DNA of 64,000 bases from Eledone cirrhosa (Eukaryota), in NCBI GenBank assembly GCA_964016885.1, contig OZ024745.1, positions 84,320,001 through 84,384,000 on the forward strand, in the 5' to 3' direction. Under the pieces are notes generated by a model, which made no database searches, was not told the DNA's origin, and saw only the letters and a list, made by a program, of their open reading frames with translations. Shown piece after piece: positions 25,945 to 39,162 of this stretch (positions are counted from its first letter, which is position 1; every line of letters begins with the position of its first letter). The translations under genes and the position numbers were made by a program.

Positions 25945-27407
25945 GGACTATCAACTTTCAACTTCTCCATGGTCAATCCTGGAAAAGCGAGGCACAAGTA
26001 AGGAAAGCAGCCACCATCCTTGTCCAGAGCTTTGCTGAACTGTTTGATGAAGCTGAGCTTGATCAGCAGTGGTGGCAGAATATCCAATCTCTGTCCACCA
26101 GAGGGTTGCTTATGATATTCCTTGCTCTGCAAGGCACCAATTCCTCCCGTACAGGCCAGTCCTTCTTCGTGTAATGCTGAACTTAGTCCCTACTGTCCAG
26201 CATGCACAAAAAGCACGGGTACCTGGTGAACCCGGACTGTTGTCCCAATAAAAGGTTCACAATCTTCAGGTCAACATAAATCAACCACTCATGCTGATCA
26301 TAATGAATTTTCTCGAGTACGTACTTCACCGCTTCGTACTTCTCCTTCAGTATAGTCGAGTGAGCGAGGGGAACAGAGGGAAACTGGTTGCCATTGTGCA
26401 GCAGAACACATTTCAGAGATCGCTTGGTGCTGTCAATGAACAGTCTCCAATCTTCGGGTTAGTACTGTGGCTCTCCAAGCTTGCGCAGAAGCTGCGCAAT
26501 ATTTGTACAGTACCACCAAGTCCTTCTCTTTAGAGAAAAAACGGGGGCACTCTTGATGTAAGTTGCTGTAGAAGGTGATGCGAGCACTGTCAATCAGGAT
26601 GCCAACAGTTCGGCAGAGGACTTTGACAAGCTGAGATCGTGAACTAGATCATATAGCTCCTTTTGGGGAAAAAGAATGTGGGGTATCATCGTCAAGAACG
26701 ACTTCTGTTTCTTCATTTTCTTCAACACCGGAGGAATCTTCGTCACTAATGCCAGGAGGTTCTCCAAAGACAGGTACTGGAATTTCATCACAATGAGCTA
26801 CAGGACGACGTGCTGATTCAAGATCAGGATACTTGAGGCTGCTCCGGTTCTTTCTGTTGATCCCAGTCAAATCAATAGCGCTCCCTCCAAACCATGGGAA
26901 TTCCAAACTTCAGGTAACTCTTCTTGCCCTTGGTCCAACGACGCAGATACTCGGTGCATGTCTTGTGTACCTATGTGGTGCCCAAGCTTTATCCTGGTCA
27001 CCAGGTTTCATACCAAAATAAGCACGCTTTATGAAACTTGTGACTGGATTTCTGTTAGGACCAACTGTGTATTCGTCGCAGATGTAGCAGAATAGATCGG
27101 GCTTATTTTTGCAAGATCTTTTGACCGAATCCATTTCATTCACCTGCAAAAGAAAAATACCAGTTGGTCAAAAATTGGCGCATGTAAATTATTCAGAATT
27201 CGTTTATTTAAAGAACTACGAAAGAATTTGGCATCATATAAATAGAAAATATCCGTAAACAAAATCATTTAAAAAAACCATCATGTAGTGACACATCAAA
27301 ACGTTGACCTGGTTGAGCAAAACCAATGTGAATTTTGGATTCAGCACATCAAAGTTGTCCTAAATCAGCTAAAAAGACTTAGACAATAAATTTGGTGTAG
27401 ACCAGTG
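25945..27407 (-). mobile_element. Chapaev3-like (CMC) DNA transposon: decayed transposase, one terminus present
   Basis: Fragments SCKNKPDLFCYICDEY...YFGMKPGDQDKAWAPH; SLKYPDLESARRPVAH; ELYDLVHDLSLSKSSAELLAS; ILPPLLIKL..IKQFSKALDKDGGCF. Terminus reads CACTG on - at 27407, flanked by TAA. Family assignment is from recalled motifs. Confidence 0.75.
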
Positions 27408-28900
27408 TAATTATTAGTAATTCTAACACGTGTTTCGATACATTACTTAATATAATATTCAATGATAGGTTTATGAAAAGTGAATTATTATACATACTTT
27501 AATTTTGTTAGGGGATGAAAAACATAAAGTAATTCGTGAAAACGAAGAGGTTCATTGGTAAGAACGACAGCAAAGGTATTTGAAGCTAGGATAACAGGAA
27601 TTGAAAATTAATATTTTGAAACAATCTTTTTATAGCAAGACCATTGTTAATTCTATTAACAAATTTTGTAGACTCATCAACAGCATAAGCGTTTGTTTTG
27701 TAGTGTTAGATTGAAATCTAACAATATTAGATAGAATATGCGCAATAAATTGAAAGCCTACTAAATGTTCATTAAATATTAAATATTAGACATGTAATCC
27801 GAGGTTTCAAGACATTGAAAGTAATGATGGTCAGGTGCTGTAAAATATAGTGGAATTGTGATTAATATTTCAACTTAAAGTGTATAAAGTGGTAAAAAAA
27901 AACATGAACTGGCAAATCTGGTGACTATGATGAATAACTATAATGTTGTGGCGAAATAGGCAAAGAATTGGCAGAGCTGTAAAGGCGTTGAATAAAATAC
28001 TCGGTGGTATTTGTTCAGGATATTTGTACCCCGAATTCAAATCCTACCTAGATTAACTTTACCTTTCATTCTTTCGAATCCGATAAAATATCTTCTATTA
28101 CAGTGCGGTGGACTGGTTGAAATATTAGAGAATCTGAAAAGCTTTGTGTTCTGGATTCAAATCTCACTCTGTGATAGATTTAATCTGTAGACTGATAGTA
28201 GTAAACTTGCAAACATTAGGACGATGTCTCCGGTTTGAGGACAACCTTCTCCCACCAGTATCAGAGGTTTGAAATCTGTTACGAGTACTGTTCTTCCCAA
28301 TTAAACAATAAAAAGGAATATGTCCAGTACATCCGGTAAATGCACCATATTTCAATTTTTATTTTTTTTAAATGTGGTCTTCCTTGTCTTCACGAAAAAA
28401 AGATTTTATTTAAATAAATCATCAGACGTCCATTAATTTGTAACTATCTGTAATTTGCAATAAATTATTCTTATTATATGATTTCTGAAACATTTCGAAA
28501 ATTTAATGATTGTCCAGATCTAAATTTGCCAAAAGTTATGTATTCAATTACCGTTAGCTGATGGAAAACAAATACAGAAGTTCGAGAAATCGAAGATACA
28601 CAGCTACCTATTCTTAAAACAATAATGATTTCTCACGTTAAGACAAACGTACACATTGCAAAAGAGGTCGATTGAATTGTTTCCAGTATATGATTGGTAC
28701 TTCTATCATCCACCCGCAGATATAGAAACAAAAGATTCAGCTTGAAGAGATATAAAACACCGAACGCAGAGAGATAGGGTCTGCTGTATTTGTCCCCTCC
28801 CTTTATTTTATATTATACCTAGTACGTCACCAGTTGTTTTATGGACGGAATAAGTAATATTCCGTTTCTGCACAAAATTGTAAGAAAGCTAGTTGTGAAT

Positions 28901-29017
<117 letters not shown>

Positions 29018-29377
29018 ACTTTTGATGCTCGCATGACTACAGGTTCTGTTTGAGCATGTTCCGTGAATGTCATCATCTTATATATATATATAAATGGTAT
29101 TAAGAATACACTTCATATCAAACACTGAGCTTAAAGCAAGCGATTAAATTTTAAAAACATTTTGTTGATGGAGTTTTTTGACCGTGCAAAATTATATGTT
29201 GGGGTACAAATTATTACATTATTACTATTTACAACGCTATTAATTATTTTTCCTTATGCAGTTGGAATAATATCCGTTGTAAGACTTGTAGGAGCGTAAA
29301 TTATAAAAGGCAGCAGCAAGTAGGTTTGGATAAAAAGCATTACTTATCTATTATTTACAATGTTATTATTAGTATTA

Positions 29378-29600
29378 GAGGGCAGTGGATTGGCAGTATC
29401 GGTAGAACGTCGGACACCATGCTTTGCAGCATAGAGTTACGATCCTTTATGGTCTGAGTTCAAATCCCGCCGAGGTTAACTTTGCCTTTCATCCTTATGG
29501 GGTCGATAAAATAAAGTACCAGTCACGCACTTGAGTCGATTTAATCGACTTTCCCCTCCCCCAAAATTGTTGGCCTTGTGCCTATATAAGAAGCCATTAT
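29378..29600 (+). mobile_element. tRNA-derived SINE, full length
   Basis: A/B boxes and family core. Confidence 0.9.
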
Positions 29601-29731
29601 ATTGTTAGAATAAAATTTGTGGTTACATTTGTATGTGTGGAAATTACTTCAGCAGCAATAGCAAGCAGTCAACATTTTATACAAACAATGAATATATATA
29701 TATACGTAGCATAAGTAAAATTAATATGTAC

Positions 29732-29763
<32 letters not shown>

Positions 29764-29890
29764 AGAGGTTATATTTAATTTGTTGGGATACAACAAGAAA
29801 AATAGGAGACTCCAAAACAGGAGACTCCAACCGTGAAGGTTGCATTTTTCAGGGTATGTCAATATTTATTTATAAAACTAATCTATATTA

Positions 29891-29956
29891 TATTTTATCT
29901 GGTGAAAGCGCACCATAATCTGCCTTGGTGGTCCTTGAAATATGTATAATGAAATA
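29891..29956 (+). ncRNA. Hammerhead ribozyme relic with one core substitution (CTGGTGA)
   Basis: tattttat CTGGTGA aagcg-cacca...tggtg-gtcctt GAAA tatgta TA atgaaata; 8-bp stem I; lies in a ~230-bp insert between microsatellites. Confidence 0.62.
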
Positions 29957-29994
29957 AATATGGTTTTATAAATATAGTTTCCATTTGTTAATAT

Positions 29995-30032
<38 letters not shown>

Positions 30033-31929
30033 CTGATAACATAAAGAACAGTAACTACAAAATACCGTAAGGTATTTTGTCTGACATGTTAACCCCTCAG
30101 ATAATCCAAATACTGCAAGTCATTTTATCACACTGTCTTCCTTAAAATATTGATCATGTGTAAGCACCAAATATAATTAAACGTATTTGGATCCAATATT
30201 ACTAAATGTAATTATTTCCTAAATGCAGCAATCTCAATAATTGTGAAATGATGATGGTGGTGGTGGTGTGTGTGTGAGGATGACGACGACAAAGACGGCG
30301 CGACAACCATTAAGTTGTGGTGACGAACAAGCTAAAATTACACCTATGCATTGCAGGTAGTCTTTTAATGACAAATACGGTAAGGTTTCCATATGTAATA
30401 TTGAGAGTTAAATTTTTTCCATCAACTGCAACTTTCTAAGCTGTTTAAATAATAAGGGAAGTTACAAATATGATGAAGAGAGACACCAGTTGACTCAAAT
30501 GTTAACTGATTTCTTATATTTATTTTGTATTATCCTCGTGGCTATTTAAAGTGTAGCGTTAAATAACCTGTATATTGATGGAGAGTGTATACACCACCAA
30601 TACAGAATGGAAGGAAACTACAAGAAAGCCAATTGACATGTTAGAAACAGTAGTCATATCTCCTTCAAATCACATCCTACGTCTTAATATTAGATAACAT
30701 ATTCTTTGATATAGAGGCTGCCTTAGAGTTAAGCAAAAACAAAAACGAAAAGATTGAAGCTGAATTAAAATCACGAAGAAGTATTTTTTCCTAACCATTG
30801 AAGAGGTCTTTACATTTCAATGATCGGCGAGCATATCAAAAAAAAAACAAAATTTATTTTTATTTACAACGCATTGAATAATTGTTGAATAATGACATTT
30901 TAATGCCTTTGAAATGTGCATAACGGAACAATAGAGTAGAATAAGCTGATGTTGAATATGTGATACTGTCCTTTTCTATATAAGTATATAAACATATATC
31001 GTGCGTATTATTACGGTTGATTATCTTCGAACAACGTCGATATCTGTCTTGCTTTATAACGTCAACTTCAATAAAAACCGAAACAAGAGAAGATAGAGAA
31101 CGTGGAACAGAAATAAATTGTAATCATCACCGTTGTTGTTATTGTTGTTGTTTAGCCCCAGGTCAGATTGAATCAAGCAGAAATATAATCAAATCTATTC
31201 CATTAGTGTATATCCTATATTTAAACTTTCAGGAGAAAATCCATAATTTAATGTGTCCATTTTTTTAAAGACGGCGAGAGGTGAAATAAGAGATATGTGT
31301 CTACTGTTTCTAAAAGATTGACCAATCACGTACAGAAGCCGCCTTCATTGGCATGTAATGTAAAGTTTCTTACTAGTCACAAATGGCGACAAACAAGCAA
31401 TGTGAATTGATTATTCAATTGTTCGAGAATTCGCTCTTTTACTTAACCTACCTATCAGTAAAAGACTAATGATGCTATTAATGCAAGTACTGAAGAGGAC
31501 TAAATTATATACCATGAAACACATACATACACACATACACACACACATACATATACATATGCACATTCACGCACATACATGCACATACACACTTATACGG
31601 AATTAACCATATACACATAGACACATACACGCACATATATGAATGGAGGAACTACGTCGTTTCCGACGAGGAATGCTCCAGTTGATTCAATCAACGAAAC
31701 TGCCTACTCGTGAAATTGACGTCATTTTTGCCCAATGAGGACCTTAGCGACGTGAAATAAAGTGCATTGTTCAAGGGCAAAATGCACCACATGGGACGAT
31801 AATGAGCTGAAAATCCTAACCACTAAGCCAGACGACTTCACGCATACACACACACACACACACACACACATACACATACATAAATACACATACATACACA
31901 CATATGCACACTTTATTATACATGCGTAT

Positions 31930-32638
31930 TTATGTGTGTGTGGTGTGTGTGTGGTGTGTGTGTGGTGTATGAGCACTCATGTGTGCGTACTTGTGCATGT
32001 GTGAGTACGTGTGAGTTTTTGCGGTGCGTGCGAATGTGCATGTGTATGTGTATGTGTGTATGTGTATGCGTGTGCATGTTTATGTGTGTGTAGGTGTATG
32101 TATGCGTATCTGTGCGTGTATGTGTGTATGTGTGTATGTGTACGTGTGAGTTTGTGCGTGTATGTGTATGTTTGTGTGTATATATGTGGTTGTGCGTGTC
32201 CGTATATGTATGTGTGTGTAGCTGTATGTATGTGTATGTGCGCGTGCATGTGTGTATGTGTGCGTGTGAGTTTGTGCGTGTGTAGGTGTATGTATATGTG
32301 TGCGTATGCGTGTATGTGTGTATGTGTACATGTGAGTTTGTGCGTGTGTATATGCATGTGTGTGTTTGTGTGTATATGTATGCGTGTGTGTGTTTGTATG
32401 TATATGTGTGCGTATGCGTGCCTGTGCGTGTGCGTATGTTTGTGCGTGTGCGTATGCGTGTGTGTGTTTGTGCGTGTGCGTGTGCGTGCGTGCATGCGTG
32501 TGTGTGTGTATATGTGTGCATATGCGTGCGTGTGCGTGGGCGTGTGTGTGTGTTTGTGCGTGTGCGTGTGTGTGTGTTTGTGCATGTGTGTGTGTGTGTG
32601 TCTTTGTGCGTGTGTGTGTATATGTGTGTGTGTGTATA

Positions 32639-32669
<31 letters not shown>

Positions 32670-32685
32670 ATGTGTGTGTGTTTGC
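31930..32685. repeat. Degenerate (TG)n/(TGTA/TGCG) microsatellite tract
   Basis: Direct inspection. Confidence 0.95.
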
Positions 32686-32944
32686 TTCAGACACGACATC
32701 AGAAGCAATTAGTCAATCAATGAATACAGAGTGTTATTCATTGGAAAAGGAGTGGCTGAAACGTTTTGCTGACTATCATTGCCGTTAGTAACGCTACTAA
32801 TTACAGCTCATCGGAGATTATCATGGCGTGATGACTGGATTTTCACAAATTTCAGCCTAAATAAAATAAATACTTTCTGCAAGTTAACAAAATAACTTTT
32901 TCTCTTTATATCTGAAAAGTGTTCGAATATCATATTTGAGTCTG

Positions 32945-33230
32945 GAGATGTGTGGCCTCATGGTAAGGATGTTGGACTTGCGATCATAATGTCGTTGGTT
33001 CGATTCCTTGACTAGATCGTTGTGTGTTGTGTTCTTGAGCAAACACTTTATTTCACGTTGCTCCAGTTTACTCAGCTGAAAATGAGTACCAGCAATAGCT
33101 GGGGGTTTAAACCTGCGATGGACTGGCGTTCTGACCAAGGGGGAGTCGTGTACTCTCAGTCACTTAACACCATAGAAACCACGGTAAGCACCGGCCTGAT
33201 GAGCCTCCGAGCTCGAGACAAACTTTAGAC
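32945..33230 (+). mobile_element. Second tRNA-derived SINE family
   Basis: A box TGGCCTCATGG, B box GGTTCGATTCC, then GTGTTCTTGAGCAAACACTTTATTTCACG; related decayed copy on - at ~31640-31840. Confidence 0.75.
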
Positions 33231-33309
33231 TTCTTTTTTTAGATAATTGAGTTTATTCTTCACGATCACTCATACCAAAGATTATTGCATTATTTTACTA
33301 ACCAACCGT

Positions 33310-33427
33310 CTGAGTTCAAATCCCGCCGAGGTTAACTTTGCCTTTCATCCTTACGGGGTCGATAAAATAAAGTACCAGTAATGTACTGGTTAATTTCTGG
33401 CCTTGTGCCTAAAGTAGAAACAATTAT
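33310..33427 (+). mobile_element. 5'-truncated SINE
   Basis: Starts at the B box; family core. Confidence 0.88.
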
Positions 33428-33479
33428 TTTACTAACCAACAAGGTCACCCCATCTGCTAGAAATAGTAGCTAGAACTCC

Positions 33480-34430
33480 TGCAAATCATACTGTGTGAAT
33501 TTATATTTAATTGTTCGGGTGACCATGAAAGGACAAGTGTCGGAGCACAGAAATGGACAGGTATGTATGTTAGCAGCAATGCACTTTGATATATTTCTCT
33601 TGTGTTTCATCAGGCTTCTCCACAAGGAAACAAAGGAGAGTAGCGATGTGGCAATAGACTTGATGGCAACCACCAAACGGGTCCAAGAGCTGTAAAATGC
33701 AAACAACTGTGTTCTTGGGGCTTCCTATTCAGGAGGATCTTCAGACTGTCTTTGACTTAGCCGTGGAAACAAAAATTATGTGACTTTCAACATAATCAAA
33801 ACAAAAGTTATCTGTTAATGGTGCGTCAATGTCAACTCACTTTACTCATCTTCATAGTTCATGATGAACAGTTGCCATCTTTCAAATATCTTGGTGGGTG
33901 GGGCATTCTTTCTGGTGATGGTAACATCATAATGATATTTTGGGTGGCATTGACATCAACTGCCTATGGGATATTCGGTAAAATGTCTTTCAGGACAGGA
34001 ATCTCCGTCCTTCCGAAACATTGGTCATATACTGAGCAGTCTGTAACACTATCTTTCTCCACAGTTTTGGAAATTGAGTGCGCTTCAGTCATTACATTAA
34101 ATCGTTAGAGTGATTTCATATAAACTGCATCCAGCATACTCTGTGAATTACTTGTAATGTGAGTGTCTCACACGGAAATACCAACTACAGAAGTATTGAC
34201 GCCATGATCACTGAGTACCAGCTAAAGTGGCTGAGACAGGTGATGAATGTGTTCCTGTATTGATTGCTCCACTCAGTGGTATGTTGTCAGCTACACGATG
34301 GTTGATGCTTGCTGGGAAACCGAAGAAGCAGTATGAGAATCAGATGAAAAGCACTTTGAGGAAATGCAAAATCAGATCCAAGAAGTTCGAAGTTCGAAGA
34401 TGTAGCTACTGATTGCATATCATGTCTGAA
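33480..34430 (+). mobile_element. Old RTE/BovB-like LINE remnant
   Basis: Fragments FKYLG..ILSGDGNI...STAYG and GKPKKQYENQMKSTLRKCKI resemble the RTE RT thumb and C-terminus; heavily decayed. Confidence 0.55.
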
Positions 34431-34672
34431 GCAACATTTCGTCAGATCTTCGTAGGTTTGCAAATGGTTGACCAATAATGTACAAGAAATCACGAGAATT
34501 GTACAATATCTGTGAGCAGAGGAAAAAAGAAGGAAAGAAACAAATGACAACTTTTCAAATAATATAAAACGAAAGAATATTAATATCTTACATAATACAG
34601 CTTCAGTGGCAAGTTGTTTGTTAATTCTATTAGAGTCTGATTCTAGCATGATGACAGCCTGTAACCTTAAAT

Positions 34673-34843
34673 AATTGTTTCTACTTTTGGCACAAGGCCA
34701 GCAATTATCCCAGTGTATTACTGGTACTTTATTTAATCGACCCCGTAAGGATGAAAGGCAAAGTTAACTTCGGTGGGATTTGAACTCAGAATGACAAGGG
34801 CCGTAACTCTATGCTTGGCGTCCGACCCTCTACCGATACTGCC
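34673..34843 (-). mobile_element. tRNA-derived SINE
   Basis: Family core. Confidence 0.9.
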
Positions 34844-34903
34844 AAAATGTTATGTAATATGCTTTTAGTAATTATATATGTACATATATATATGTTATAT
34901 ATG

Positions 34904-35086
<183 letters not shown>

Positions 35087-35100
35087 TTTTTTTTTTTTTT

Positions 35101-36123
35101 ATATATGATAAACACGAAATGTGTTCATATTGCAACAGACAAAGTTAGCCATTAATGAAATAAACTAATTAAAGTAAATACAATTTGTCTGTCTCGATAT
35201 AAGTCAATAAAGACAAGCTTATATTGGCAACAGCCATGATTCCTGGACATATTTAAATTTCGAAATTCAAACCTGTTCTGCAGACGAATTTGAACCTCGA
35301 AACCCAAATAAGTTTCGCAACGGTAGAATGTGAATTGAAAAATAAAGAGAATCAAAATGGAGTTGAAATAAAAGAGTGAAATACCCATATCAACAGGAAT
35401 CCAGTAAAATTAGTCTATCTCACATCAAAAATTTTGCAGGTCTGACTACACGTGTGCATGCAACCCAAAACTAGCTATCCGGCATTCACGGTGCTAGAAA
35501 TAACAGCCGCTTATGCAGGATTAAGGATCAGCTCATACAATAAAGGAGCTATACATTATATTATATTTTGAGAATAAACTCTCAGTCGTTTACAATAATT
35601 AAGCTCCAGGAAGGGGCTCTTCCGAGCAGTTACATTTAAAATATATGATAAACACGAAATGTGTTCATATTGCAACAGACAAAGTTAGCCATTAATGAAA
35701 TAAACTAATTAAAGTAAATACAATTTGTCTGTCTCGATATAAGTCAATAAAGACAAGCTTATATTGGCAACAGCCATGATTCCTGGACATATTTAAATTT
35801 CGAAATTCAAACCTGTTCTGCAGACGAATTTGAACCTCGAAACCCAAATAAGTTTCGCAACGGTGGAATGTGAATTGAAAAATAAAGAGAATCGAAATGG
35901 AGTTGAAATAAAAGAGTGAAATATAAGCTTGTCTTTATTGACTTATATCGAGACAGACAAATTGTATTTACTTTAATTAGTTTATTTCATTAATGGCTAA
36001 CTTTGTCTGTTGCAATATGAACATATTTCGTGTTTATCATATATTTTAAATGTAACTGCTCGGAAGAGCCCCTTCCTGGAGCTTAATTATTGTAAACGAC
36101 TGAGAGTTTATTCTCAAAATATA

Positions 36124-36130
<7 letters not shown>
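35101..36130. repeat. Partial tandem (540-bp period) plus terminal inversion, between (TA)n tracts
   Basis: 35101-35383 repeated at 35641-35923; 35922-36130 is the reverse complement of ~35556-35763. Confidence 0.92.
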
Positions 36131-36162
<32 letters not shown>

Positions 36163-36221
36163 CAAGGCTCTGATACCATCAACACCATAAACACAGAGCT
36201 GCCATATCTAAGAACGGACTA

Positions 36222-36277
36222 ACTGCCTGATGAGGTCATAGCCTTTCAATGGGCATCATCGAAATATATATAGCAGT
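36222..36277 (+). ncRNA. Type I hammerhead ribozyme related to 20416-20470
   Basis: actgc CTGATGA ggtcatagcc-tttcaat-gggcatcatc GAAA tatata TA gcagt, in a ~165-bp insert between (TA)n tracts. Confidence 0.85.
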
Positions 36278-36318
36278 AAATAAAGGATTATGAGTTCATG
36301 CAATTGACTTATGTTTCG

Positions 36319-36367
<49 letters not shown>

Positions 36368-36872
36368 TAAAATAACAAGAAAATCGGAATGTAAGTAAAT
36401 GGACTTACATAAAGATAGTAAAAGACCGATTCCTAAATACAATACAGCTGTTTCATGGTCTAAGAGAAATAGTGCCATAACTAATATACACAAATAAATA
36501 AATAAATCATTATTAAATTATAGGCACCATTAAGACATCGGGCTCATCGTCACCACAACCAACCATCATAGATTCAACACAAAGTGTAAAAGCACGAGTG
36601 GACGACGTTCAAGTATAGAGATAGAGAGAGGCCAACTGGATTGGTAGGAGAAGAAGCAGTATGTTAGGTCTAGTAAGTTAGCTTAACTAAATTTTTAATG
36701 TAAGGAGTAGAATTACATATATAAAAATGTTTATCAATACATAAAATATTAATCATACTGTCTGGCAAATACCTAGGCCAACAGGGGTACCAAAGATAGG
36801 TCACTGTTAGAATCTTAAGCCAGCTCTACTAAATTAAACTTTAAAAAAATTATTTTAGGAACAGTAACACAA

Positions 36873-36994
<122 letters not shown>

Positions 36995-37027
36995 TTGTGT
37001 TACTGTTCCTAAAATAATATATATATA

Positions 37028-37080
<53 letters not shown>

Positions 37081-37532
37081 CGGCGATGAATTAGTTTTGC
37101 GAGGTTTTTTATATGAAATCGTGTGTCGAAACAAATATTGTTATACTTGGGGAGGGTCATATTTGTGTAATATTGCCAGAATTAATAACAGAACACACTC
37201 ACTGTTTGGTTGGTTTTCGCTTTTCGCTGCTGTGTCTTTTATATCGGTAATCTAATTTATTCGGTCCTCAATGTTGCCATTGACTGACCGACGGTCAAAA
37301 ATAATACAGATACAATATAGACACAAACACATATATATAGTTTATCAAAGTTCTTTCGTTGCACATCTGCAACATCGTCAGTGGTGCTATTGTTTCCTCC
37401 CGTTACATTGTATGTCTACGCCATTTTTATTTAGTCTGTCTATATATTTATTTATTTGTTTGTTTGTTTGTTTATTTTATTTTGTCTTCTTTGCGCATGC
37501 GTTTGCGTGTGTGTATAGTGTTTTGTTTGATG

Positions 37533-37795
37533 TGTACTTGCAGAAACATGACAACAACATACATAGGCGAGACAGCTCGTAGCATAGGTGAAAGGATAGA
37601 CCAACACTGGGGAACTAAAAGGACGAAAAAACGGGTCAGTATACGAACATGCCAGACAACAACACGACGGTAACATAGACAACATAGAAATTAGAATAAT
37701 ATATAAACATAGAAATGACCCAGCAGATAGGCAAATCAGAGAGGCCAGTGAAATAGAACTTAGAAGGCCAAGACAGAAAGAATGAATGGAATAAC
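37533..37795 (+). pseudogene. Penelope GIY-YIG endonuclease fragment (frameshifted)
   Basis: CTCRNMTTTYIGETARSIGERIDQH, then in a shifted frame EHARQQHDGNIDNIEIRIIYKHRNDPADRQIREASEIELRRP, then RKNEW. Confidence 0.88.
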
Positions 37796-38096
37796 AACAA
37801 CACCCAAACAAACAACACTGACCTAAGAGAAGTATAAATAAATAAATAAATAGATAAATAAATAAATAAATACATACACAAGTACAATAACAACAAACAC
37901 ATATAAACACACACTAGTAAAGATAGAATACATAGAATACAATCACGAACACACATCAAACAAAACACTATACACACACGCAAACGCATGCGCAAAGAAG
38001 ACAAAATAAAATAAACAAACAAACAAATAAATAAATATATAGACAGACTAAATAAAAATGGCGTAGACATACAATGTAACGGGAGGAAACAATAGC

Positions 38097-38138
38097 ACCA
38101 CTGACGATGTTGCAGATGTGCAACGAAAGAACTTTGAT
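38097..38138 (+). ncRNA. Hammerhead-like motif (mirror copy 37344-37385 on -)
   Basis: acca CTGACGA t-gttgca-gatg-tgcaac GAAA gaac TT tgat; core and stem II good, stem I weak. Confidence 0.62.
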
Positions 38139-38339
38139 AAAATATATATATGTGTTTGTGTCTATATTATATCTGTATTATTTTTGACCGTCGGTCAGTC
38201 AATGGCAATATTGAGGACCGAATAAATTAGATTACCGATATAAAAGACACAGAAGCGAAAAGCGAAAACCAACCAAACAGTGAGTGTGTTCTGTTATTAA
38301 TTTAGGCAATATTACACAAATATGACCCTCCCCAAGTAT

Positions 38340-38391
<52 letters not shown>

Positions 38392-38974
38392 AATATTTTC
38401 GAAACACCGAGTGGGTTTGAAATTATTAGAAATGTAAGCTATCGCCGTATTTGGACTAAAGAAATTATTCCGGCCCCCTTCTAGCTTTACATCGCCAGGA
38501 ATTTAAAGGATTTTATTACAACAAAATCAAAAGTATTGATTTCAAAAATTCCTGGCGAAGTAAAGCTAGAAGGGGGCTGGAATGATTTATCATTGACAAT
38601 CAAAGCGACGTCAGAAAATGTATTTTCTTATAATTACATTCATTTCCGTTTAGCAAAAACAGATAGCCTGAAAATGAATTGAAAATGTAATTAGTTTTAT
38701 AATGGTTATTATCATTTTAAAATTAAAATAACTTGGTTAAAAATAAGATTACTATAGTATTCTCTATTCTTCGAGGAGTATGGTTTCAATGTGTACACGC
38801 AATCTTCAAACACACACACACACACACACACACATACATGAAACACGTGCAGACAAACCCCCCTCATAAATATATATATATACAGTATATATATATATAA
38901 CTTTTTTTTTAGGATCAATAATACAAACATTTTTTTAAGGAACAGTAATACAAATTAATATATATATATATTAA

Positions 38975-39009
<35 letters not shown>

Positions 39010-39041
39010 ATTTAAATGGATACAGTTCAGTTAAAAGGAAT

Positions 39042-39162
39042 TTATTGACACGTGTTTCAATAACAGTTATATAACCTAAAAACAGCTGCTATCTACAAAG
39101 TATTAATTATGCAGACACTCAATATTTCAATGTTATTATCAACTATCATTTCATCAGAATAA
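39042..39162 (-). ncRNA. Type I hammerhead ribozyme with a long loop II insert
   Basis: Minus strand: ttatt CTGATGA aatgatagtt-(~70 nt)-aactgttatt GAAA cacgtg TC aataa; GUC cleavage triplet. Confidence 0.82.

Larger units (their letters stand above)
37079..38347 (+). mobile_element. 5'-truncated Penelope-like element with inverted pLTR
   Basis: Arms 37135-37535 and 37951-38347; spacer encodes a GIY-YIG C-terminus; hammerhead-like motif in both arms; (TA)n on both sides. Confidence 0.9.

Noticed and set aside
27420-27440. Half hammerhead (GAAA CACGTG TT on -)
   Set aside because: No matching CTGANGA found.
31916-32788. His/Thr- and Cys/Val-rich ORFs (and YI-repeat ORFs elsewhere)
   Set aside because: Microsatellite translations.
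36440-36555. GAAA CAGCTG TA on - with a stem II-like hairpin
   Set aside because: 5' core and stem I not recoverable; at best a relic.
38460-38590. ~40-bp-arm inverted repeat with CTGGCGA; upstream sequence shared with ~43886-43930
   Set aside because: The repeat is real but a complete hammerhead fold cannot be assembled.
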